Origin: Lama glama
Taxonomy: Eukaryota
Length of the DNA: 64,000 nt
Direction of reading: 5' to 3'
Assembly (NCBI GenBank): GCA_028534125.1
Contig: CM052817.1
Location: forward strand, 29,018,001 to 29,082,000
The notes beneath the pieces were generated by a model. It had not been told where the DNA came from. It made no database searches and saw nothing but the letters and a program-made list of their open reading frames with translations. A program made the translations under genes and the position numbers. Below are positions 54,563-64,000 of the stretch, in pieces. The stretch's first letter is position 1, and every line of letters begins with the position of its first letter.

Positions 54563-57329
54563 CGCATTATTAACAGCCATTCAACATATAAATATTTTTT
54601 AGTGATCTCTACTTTGACGTTCACAGATCTATATGAAAAATACATTTTAACAAAAGAAGGTGGTGGTGATTGGGAAGAATATTTACAAACACTGTCATGT
54701 AGACAGATTGTAAGTAGACATAAAACATTTCTTCCGCAATTTTTTCTTATTTTTTAATGAAAAAAATTCTAATAATAGGTTAAGAATGGACTTTAATACC
54801 AAGATATTACTTACTATTTTGACTAAACTCCCTTAAGTACCAAACAGGAAAGGTGCGAGCATGTATTGCTTATATTTCTTTCATCAATAAAGGGTAAAAT
54901 CTTTTCCAATGCTCTGCCATAATTATACCTTTGTGATTATACCATTACTAAGATTCTTTCCAAGATATTCCAAGTTTAAATTGGACATTTTATTATGTTC
55001 AGCAGGTGAAAGTAGTTACAGTATTTTGAAAAAAAAAGGTCAGATATGGTATATATCAAAATGTAATTGTCAATATGGAAATTCTAAAACAATATCTCTA
55101 CCTTCATTTGGCATGAAGACTTCACTAACTACTCACAGCTTAGAGTTTAATTTAATAGGATATTTACTCAAACATTGCCTTGATATAAAGGATTCTTTTG
55201 AAAGAAAACTTTCTCTTTTGCAGTATTTATATTTTTGTTCACAACCATGAGCTAGGGAAAGTAGTGTACAGAGTAACAAAGTAATATTTTGAATACAATT
55301 TTATTTTCTTTTTTTAAAAAAATTGGGGTCTCTCATTTAAAATGGAATACCTATGGGGTTAGGAAAAGACCAACATTCCACAATCTGAAAAAATGCTTGG
55401 AATCACCTGTTGCCAGAATCTGGGCAAAATTTCTATGATAAAGTTGATGAGTCTGTAGTGAGAAAAATGATTTGGACCATCGAGTTCTTTCCCTCATGCA
55501 CAAGAACAGCCCACCCATGGAAAAAACTTAGGGAGATCCTTGGAGACCTAGGTTTTATACCACGTAGAAGCAAGCACAGCCATTCCTTCATGGTAAAGTT
55601 GCTGCTTTCGCAAGTGCCAGTGGACTAGTCCTGCCACCTGCTCCTGTGTTCTGATACATATTTAGAGAAAGCCACTCCTAGTGGAAAGAAGACTAGTGTC
55701 AGGAATTTTGGTGCAGGGCAGTCGCAGCTTAATGGAACTGGGCTGGAGGTTCTTGCTAATTATAGTTCTATGCATCCTGGGAACTATTTTCTCCCCACAT
55801 CCTACTCTTGGCAAGGTCAGAGACAAGAGGCAACCAGTGACAATGCGTATGGGAGAACAGAGTTTGTCTTGTACCACACTACTTTCACTGAATGATCTGG
55901 TGTGAAAGATGTGCAGCATGATCCAGTGGGGAAGAGAAGCCAACAGAAGAACTATCATTTGTATTTATTCTTATTGAAAAAGAAGGAAAATATTAAGCTT
56001 TACCAGTAGTTAGCATACAAATTTACACTCCGGCTTCATCAGGGTTATCTGCAGCATCGGTGAGGACCTGAGGAAAGAGTAGAAGCCCATATTTTGGAGA
56101 AACTGACAGTGGTGCCCATTTTCATCTTTCCCTTTTGTAAGACCACGGCATCTTGTGGGTGATGGAGTTATGCGTTTGATTTTTTTAAACTTAACTTTTC
56201 CTCATAACAGGCACATGGCTTCAAAGTCAAAGAATAGATTAAATGAGAAGACAGTGTATTAGAACAAACATAAAAGTTGGACACAGACATTAAAAGGGAA
56301 TTGTGTTAGTTTAGGAAGCAAGGGCAAAAATATTTAGCAAAATAGAATTTAAATCTTCAATGAAAATAATAGAGAATATAAGTGGTAGTGCAGAAAATTT
56401 AATCAGGGCTATAGAAAACACACCTCAGATATTACCTTCTAATTCAGAATAAAAGCAAAAAGAAATTAAAGTGAAAGAGAAAAGAAGAATACAGGAAGGA
56501 GCAATTCATAATAGGCAAAACTAGGAAAATATTTAAACCATTAATAATTTTAAACTAAGACAAAATATAATTTTGACATCTCAAGTGAACAATGACAAAA
56601 TTAAATGACAACATTTAGTTTTTGTAAAATGAAGACACCATAATTCCCATGTAGAGTTTATTTTAGTATTTATTGTTCATAAAAATCCTTGGCAGGTAAT
56701 TAGGCATTGAAAGACATTATAAAACTCATACTTTTCCTATTTTATTAAATCCAATTGAAGGAATCTATACTAAAGATAAAATTAGGAACATTAAAGTAAA
56801 ACAGTACACTGACCTGAATGTCTAATATTAGGGGACTAGTTGAATAAATCAAGACACACCTCTGTAGTTGAATATTTTGCAAAGATGAAACTCAGAATAT
56901 CACCATTAAACTATGGAATTAGGTGATCAAACTCAAGGGTATGTGTGACTGTGAGATCATTTGTTAAAATGTCAACTAGATTGAAGGGTATACTTAATAG
57001 GGCTTCTAAGTATCTTAAAAATGTACAACCAACATTTTGGCTGGACCTGACCTTGTGATTCTTATGTTGCAAGATGCCCTCAGCAATAACCATCAGGAAA
57101 CTTTGAAAGAAAGAATGTTTACTACTTACAAGTTCCGGAAATTACATAGCACAACTGGGGCCACACAGCAAGGTTGTAGGTAGAGAAGGAGAGAAAGAGA
57201 ATATGGGCCTGAGGCTCTGCCTTGATTGGGATTGAAGGTGGGGCGTAGGGATTAGTGGGCTCACTCTTTATTGGTGAATTTAAAATATTAGAGCAGGAAT
57301 TTAAAGTGTAAGAGGAGAAAAAAACAAGC

Positions 57330-57545
57330 AGCAGATACTGACTGTATAAAATAGATAAACAAGTTTATACTGTACAACACAGGGAACTATATTCAATACC
57401 TTTTAGTAGCTTATGGTGAAAAAGAATATGAAAACAAATATATGTATATTCATATATGACTGAAGCATTGTGCTGTACACCAGAAAATGACACAATATTG
57501 TAAACTGACTATACTTCAATTCAAAAAAAGTAAAAAAAAAAATTA
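57330..57545 (+). mobile_element. Young L1 3' end with A-tail
   Basis: aaaatagataaacaag..cacagggaactatattcaatacc..ttgtaaactgactatacttcaat followed by an A-rich tail. Confidence 0.85.
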
Positions 57546-57914
57546 TAAAGCCCTGATTTATGTCCAAAATGTCAAAAAATATGAAACTCTAAAAGAAAAA
57601 AAAAACAGATTAAAAAAACTAACATAAACCATGAATTCCAAAATGTATTTTTCACTATAGACACGTGGTGGCACCATTTTAGCTGCTTAGCAGCAGGACG
57701 GGAGAGCCTTTGTGAACATGGCATTAACACTGCTCTCAATCCGTGTGTGTGGTCTAAATTTGAGTGATAACTATTGTGCTGCTATTAAACATTTATCAGT
57801 GGTATTGCTAGTGTTAAAAATGCTCCAAAATATCAGTAACTTTGAAACAGAATTTAGAGGCGATAAAATTATTGATTATATATGTATACATTATTTTTAA
57901 TTTACTATTCCCTT

Positions 57915-58292
57915 TGTTGTGGTCTGAATTGATATATCAAGTTCATATGTTGAAGTTTTAAACCTCAAGAACACCTCAGAATGTGACTGTACTTAAAGAC
58001 AAAGTCTTTAAAGAAGTAATTAACTTAAAAAGAGGTCATTAGAGTGGGCCCAAATCTAATATGACTTGTGTCTGTATCAGAAAAGGAGATTAGGACACAG
58101 ATAGGTATTGAGAGAAGGCCACATGGAGATACAGAGAGAAGATCTATAAGCCAAGGAGAAATGCCTCGGAAGAAACCAACCCTGATGACACCTTGATCTT
58201 GGACTTCTAGTCTCCAAACAAATAAACTTCTTTGTTTTCGATGCCCAGTCTACTGTACTTTGTTACTGCAGCCCAAACAAATCAATAGACAT
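57915..58292 (+). mobile_element. MaLR (MLT1A/B-type) LTR
   Basis: tgttgtggtctgaat..cctcagaatgtgactgta..caccttgatcttggacttc. Confidence 0.75.
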
Positions 58293-59153
58293 TTCAAATA
58301 TGTTTCAAACCACACATATATTAGTTGTGGATTAATGTACTGTTTAAGAATGTAACCTCCTTATTATACATTCATTTCTATGGAGAAATGAGCCTCGATT
58401 TATGTGAGTTTTTAATTATCTGTGCTCTTCAGAAACCCTTGCCTCAAGTAAAATGCCACTATTTTAAATCTTGGCCATTTCCCTCTACTGAGCATTAATT
58501 CAGTATTTAACTCATTTACCCTTGCTCAGCAGAGTTTCAAGGAGTGGTTAAGGGTGCAGACTCCAAAGCCAGACCACTTGAGCTCACAGCCCACTTCATC
58601 ACTAACTGTATGCCTCTGGGCAGTGACTTAAAAAGCCTGGGCCACATCTTTCTCAGATATCTGTAAAATAGGAACAATCATTAAGAGTACCTGCATTAGA
58701 GCACTCTATAAGGAAAAAAAAATTAGTTGATATATGCAAAGTGTGTAGAATAGTAATGGGAACTTAGTAGATGCAATTTTGCTGTCAATGAGCCTACTGC
58801 TTGATTAGCCTACATTTCTCTCTTTCAGAAAACCTTTTTATCCTTCAAGACCCAGAAAAAAAATGATACCTCAACTTTGAAATTTTAATGACTCCATTTA
58901 CCCTTTCTTTCCAGGCTGAAGACTAAATAATCTTGTGTTGTCAAAGGTATTGCAGGGGTATGAGATTTGGTTTCTAATAACCTGGATTCAAATATGCATT
59001 TTTTCGATTTACTTATTGGAAGACTTCAGATAAGTTGCTCGATTTGTCTGAGTTTCCACATTATAAGACCCAGAGATTCTCAGTTAAGTATTTTTCTAAT
59101 AAATACATATTTCATTTGTGGGTCTGGGAGTATGTCAACCACATACGATACTG

Positions 59154-59628
59154 CAGTGTTCCCAAAGTGTGGGAGTAACGGAGTTATCGAGATAATTTTA
59201 GGTGAGTTATAGACATGGCATTAAGGACACTGAATCATATAGAGAAAATCCTTCTTTCAATTTTACTTCAATCCTGCTGATTAGGTCAAGAAGAAAAAAA
59301 TGGTGCTATGTTTTAAAATTCTTTAATGCTTGCTAATCTCCATTTTTAATCAAAAGAGATTCAGAGCCTTTGTCAGGTAATATTTCGTTAGAACTAAATC
59401 TTTTTTTAAAATTAATTACACTTATTTTTACTTGTTAAAAAATTTATGACAGGTCATAGCGCTTTTTCCATTTACAGAAATGATACAAATTTTTCTTTTA
59501 AAATAAACTCATCCAAGTATAAAAGGTAGTTGATTTAAAGAAAAATATTACGTATATAAAAGCGGTATGAGTATATGGTGAAAATCACAGAGAATAATAT
59601 ACAGATTATTGACGTTTGGGCAACATTG
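59154..59628. mobile_element. hAT-Charlie-type non-autonomous element
   Basis: Imperfect terminal inverted repeats CAGTGTTCCCAAA ... TTTGGGCAACATTG. Confidence 0.55.
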
Positions 59629-60169
59629 ACTTATACGAACTACTAGGAACGATTGTACTGAATGCATTTCAGGGTAGCTACTAAGTTCATTCTCTAACAA
59701 AGATGATAGTAGCAATTAGTGTTTAATTTATAGTAGTCTCAAGAACGAACTAGGAACAATACAATGGTGAACTCAGCACAGCTGCTGCTCTTTTCCTCTG
59801 CACCAAACCCTGGATATTGCAGAAAAGCCCACGGGGGAGACACTGGACGTGGTAGACAGGTCTCTATCCCTTACTGTTATCCTCCACCTCACTTAGCCAG
59901 AGCTCTTCCTTCTGCAAGGTAAACAGGTAAACCTGAAGTTGATGGAGACTTTAGGGTGTTCGGGATATAACCTTTTTCAATCTTCAGCTCTGGCTGAAAC
60001 TTTCTTAGGATACATTATTGCAATACATTTTGCAGCCGGTTTCCACTCAGATGCACTTCAGTATTAGTGATATCACAGACGTGGAGAATACATCTTGACT
60101 TCTAGATTTTAAGACAGTTACCCCAGTATTTTGCTATCTAGTAGGAGGCTAAACCCCTCGGTTCTCCTA

Positions 60170-60850
60170 AAAGCACGACTAACTGTGCGCCCGAGAACTT
60201 CCCTCGCGTGACTTCCTTATAGCTGCTTGCGGAAGCGCGCTGACGTCACAACGTCGTGCGTCGTGCGGACGTCGACGAGCCGCTCTGCGTCTCGGGTGTC
60301 CCGCCGGGGCCGCTAGTTGGGTGTTACTTTCCACTTCACGTTTTCGTCTCCGCTTCCGAAAGCCGGTTTGAATCCTGTCCGCCAGCCCCCTAAAGGGGGC
60401 GTCTCAAAGAAAACCGGACTGCGGGTGATGGCGCCCTCGCGTCGCGGGACCTTCTCCTGACGCCTCTGTCGCCCCGGGGGATGTGGACTCTGGCAGGTCT
60501 GGGCTGGAGGCGCGGCCGCGCACTCGCGACGCCGGCCACCCGGGCGGCGCGGCGGGGGCTGCTCGGGCCTCGCACCACGCTGGCCTGCCCGACTGCGACC
60601 GGGTGCAGGGATCCGGGCCGGCGATACAGCTCTGCAGGCCGCAAGGTGAGCGCTCCGTAGTTTCTCTGTAGCCGCGTGTTAAAAGTGGGTAGGGTGCTCC
60701 TGCCGACTTTGGAAAAGTGAAGGGCTCCCTGGGACTACTGTGAACGCAGGTGCGCCTCTGTAAGACGGGAGGTCTCGCAGCGCGGGCAGCGCGCGGGTTT
60801 CTTTGTTCACTGCTCACCGGTGCGACCTTGGGCGAGTCACGTCCTCACCT
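60170..60850 (+). promoter_or_regulatory. GUF1: GUF1 CpG-island promoter
   Basis: CpG-dense. Full CRE palindrome TGACGTCA at 60241-60248, with an ETS-like GCGGAAG just upstream. Confidence 0.85.
60481..60645 (+). CDS. GUF1: GUF1 exon 1 (mitochondrial targeting sequence)
   Basis: MWTLAGLGWRRGRALATPATRAARRGLLGPRTTLACPTATGCRDPGRRYSSAGRK; 165 nt; donor AAG/gtgagc. Confidence 0.9.
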
Positions 60851-62424
60851 TCCTAATTTGTAATATAAGTAACTCCTTGATTGTTTATGCCAGGCACTGG
60901 TCTAAGTGTGTATTTAAGTTTAAAAGCCTATTGAGGAAGCTGCTAGTATAATCTCCATTTTCCTGCAATTTTTTTGCCGTGTAACCTGGGAAAGTTATTT
61001 GACCTTTCTGTGACTGTTGCTAATAAAACACCGAATTGTTATTTGTGAGAACTGCACGATGTTAAGGCACAGAGTCCAATATCTAGACTATAAGAAGTGT
61101 CTGTGACTTAGCTTCTCTTTGTTTTATTATTTGATTTTACGTCAGCCAGAGCAAAACTGCGTTTGTGATTCCATTTTTATGGTTGAAGAAAGTGGGGTTC
61201 AGCAACACCAAAAACTATACCGTCAGATAACTATGAAGAGATGCAGTTTAGGCAGTGAACTAGTTGAAGGCAAATTATGAATAACTGGAAAAATAAAATG
61301 CTTTATGTGTAATCAGTTTTACCCTTTTCTAAAATATCTGGAATGTAAAATGGATTTATGTTGGAATTCAGAGTTCTTAAAAATGGTGCAGTATTGTATC
61401 TTGCATTGAATGATTGGGCGGGGGGAATCGACAGGGCAAACAAATTAGGTTTCGTTTTTTTGAAGAATTTCTTTCAGATGTAGTTAACACTTTTATTGTC
61501 TGCCTTGTATTGGAATACTTATTTAAAAAGGAAACTTAAGCTCAGGAGAATTGTGTATTGTTACTTCATTTTTTTTTTTTTTTTTTGCTGATTGTGAAAT
61601 ACAAATTTAGCTTTGGAAAAGTGTAATGTTTAGAGTACAAAAAACTGACATTTTACTTAAATACTAATTTTTAGCAGCTTGCAGTGAGTCTTGGTAAAAC
61701 ATTGAGGTGTGTAGCTGAAAATCAGGAGGTAACATTTTAAAATATTTTAAAAATTTAGCTGATAAATAAGAACCTGTTTTTTTCTGATGTTATTTATTTA
61801 TTTATTTTTCCCTCTCTCCAGAGAAGTTGTGAAGTAACAAAATTGTATCTAAATTACCCGCCACCCTTCAGGAGAAAGAAGGATTTATTATTACTTGCAC
61901 CAAGTGAGGAGAACACCGGGGATCTTTCCCAAAGCAGTGTCTCCTAAATTAAACTTTTGCAGGCTCTGTTAGGAGTCCAGATTTTTAAGTAGACCTGACT
62001 CTGGTGATTGAATGTGTGATGGGGCAAAAAACTTTCTTCTTCTCTCCCAGCTTTTCTGTAACTTTTGGTTGCAAGAGGTTTTGTTCAACCAGGAGCTCTA
62101 ATGCTATTCAGCAGTTCCAGATTTCCTGTATTCTTCATTCATGAAAATACATTCAGTTCTTCATTGGCTTTCTAAGTGGTAGAAATATTATAAGGGACTT
62201 TTATTTAGCTGTATGGTCACCTTTGACAGTGAATTAGTTGATGTCCTGCTGTAATCCAGTTGCTTGAAATATGAGTTTAGCCATATATTTCTTTATTGTC
62301 AGAGGAATAATATAAATAATATAAATGCTATAAATGAAATTGTTCAAAGAACACTAAAAAAAATTCTTTGATTTAGTATACTTGTTTCATATTGTCTAAT
62401 GTAATATTTCTCTCTCCTTTCTAG

Positions 62425-62536
62425 GAAAAAATTGATATGTCTAGATTCCCTGTTGAAAATATTAGAAATTTCAGTATCATTGCACATGTGGACCATGGCA
62501 AAAGTACTTTAGCTGACAGACTTCTGGAACTAACAG
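62425..62536 (+). CDS. GUF1: GUF1 exon 2 (G1/P-loop)
   Basis: [37 protein letters not shown]; LepA/EF4 signature; ag/gt boundaries. Confidence 0.97.
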
Positions 62537-62682
62537 GTATTTTCATTTTATATTATATACTTAATTAATGGCATTGGTGATAATTATTTTTTACCTCTTT
62601 TAAAAAATTTTGCTTTTAATTTTATATACAGTATTGTCTTTTTAAAAGCTCAAAGAAATATCTGTAAACATTTCTATTATAG

Positions 62683-62831
62683 GGACAATTGATAAAACAA
62701 AAAATAATAAACAAGTTCTTGATAAATTGCAAGTGGAACGGGAAAGAGGAATCACTGTTAAAGCACAGACAGCATCTCTCTTCTATAATTGGGAAGGAAA
62801 GCAGTACCTTTTAAATCTCATCGATACACCG
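62683..62831 (+). CDS. GUF1: GUF1 exon 3 (G2, start of G3)
   Basis: (G)[49 protein letters not shown]; donor gtaagt. Confidence 0.97.
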
Positions 62832-63111
62832 GTAAGTTTAATACTATTTTTGTCTCTTGTTAAAGTCAGCCTGGTATTAATAGTGCAAACAAATCCTTTG
62901 TTGAGTTTTTTGAACTGAACATTAAACACCTAAATTTACTTTGTGTCTTCTCAGTCATCTTATGTTAGTGTAAATTGTTTCACAAGCACAGGCTAAAAGG
63001 AAAACTTACTAAATTTTTATTAAGTGGAGTCCATAGGTTTGCCATAATGTCCGTCTGTAAAAAACGTTTAAACTCTAACATTTAGCGGTATCAATATTTT
63101 TTGTTTCTCAG

Positions 63112-63192
63112 GGCCATGTTGATTTTAGTTATGAAGTATCCAGGTCACTCTCTGCTTGCCAGGGTGTTTTACTTGTGGTTGATGCAAATGAG
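63112..63192 (+). CDS. GUF1: GUF1 exon 4
   Basis: [27 protein letters not shown]; ag/gt boundaries. The gene continues beyond the window. Confidence 0.97.
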
Positions 63193-64000
63193 GTAGGTAC
63201 TTTTATATGATGTGTCATGCTATTTAGTTGTTTCAAGGTTTTCCTTAAAATAGAATTTTGGAAATAGAATTTTTATGCTTGAAGAAGATAAGATTTATTT
63301 TATAACACAACCAAAATCATGTACTTTAGTACTGTTAATTTGAAGTTTTATTACACTAAAGTGATCTATGAAATTGACTGGTTCATCCTTTAAGGATTTC
63401 TAAGTTGATCTGAGGAATTGTTCGATAGGTTTTTGAAGTATGTCGTATTATACATACATCCTACCAAAAAACTCAATTTTAAGCAGATCTTAATCTGAGG
63501 TTTCAGTTTTTACCAGAACTTGAAAATAAATCTTTATTTTTGAGGTCATTCTGGGTGTTTTTAAGGTAATAATTTGGGAAGTTAGGTTTAAAGAAACATG
63601 TCAATAACACTACTAAGTTCTTTTATAATATCAACATAACCATAGAAACATACTCAGATGAGAATATAAGAGCTATCAGACACTATTTAAAGTGAACTTT
63701 TGGTATGTTTCGGTTTCTCACAAACTCTTCATTCAAAACCCAAAGTTTTTTTTTCTGTGTTAAACTTTCCCTGATCCTGTCAGTCTCGCCCTTAATAGGC
63801 TTTGAGGACCTTGAGGGTCCATGTTTCTCCACTCTTTTACCAGTGCGTAACACAGTGCCCTCCAAAAAATGTTTCCTGAACTAAAAGGAATTTTCACAGG
63901 GAATGATGCAGTTGCATGGTGGTATAGATACCATAGTTTGCCTTATACCTTTGCTCTTGATGAAGATGTGTGGAATGGTCTTGAATTACAACTTTTGTAA

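Noticed and set aside
60390..60817. Antisense and alternative-frame ORFs over GUF1 exon 1
   Set aside because: CpG-island artefacts; the true frame starts at the ATG at 60481.

Overview
Mammalian genomic DNA, probably a camelid or other non-ruminant cetartiodactyl (inferred from its L1 3' ends), with two assembly gaps (23899-23998 and 41764-42263). The right half holds YIPF7 on the minus strand and the first four coding exons of GUF1 on the plus strand, behind a CpG-island promoter. YIPF7 shows a 5' exon, its ATG exon and its last two coding exons; two internal exons are absent from the called sequence. The left 23 kb looks intergenic in the ORF track. By hand it resolves into a chain of about 10-13 decayed minus-strand exons with AG/GT boundaries and mostly compatible phases, running from an orphan CpG island (~23 kb) to ~1.5 kb. 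Their translations resemble, in order, the ZSWIM4/5/6/8 family of cullin-RING substrate receptors, suggesting a spliced pseudogene of an unnamed ZSWIM paralogue. Also present are a chimeric RHOA 3'UTR retrocopy, an L1/5S rRNA chimera and many L1, L2, MIR, LTR and DNA-transposon relics. All homology calls come from recalled sequences, not database searches.
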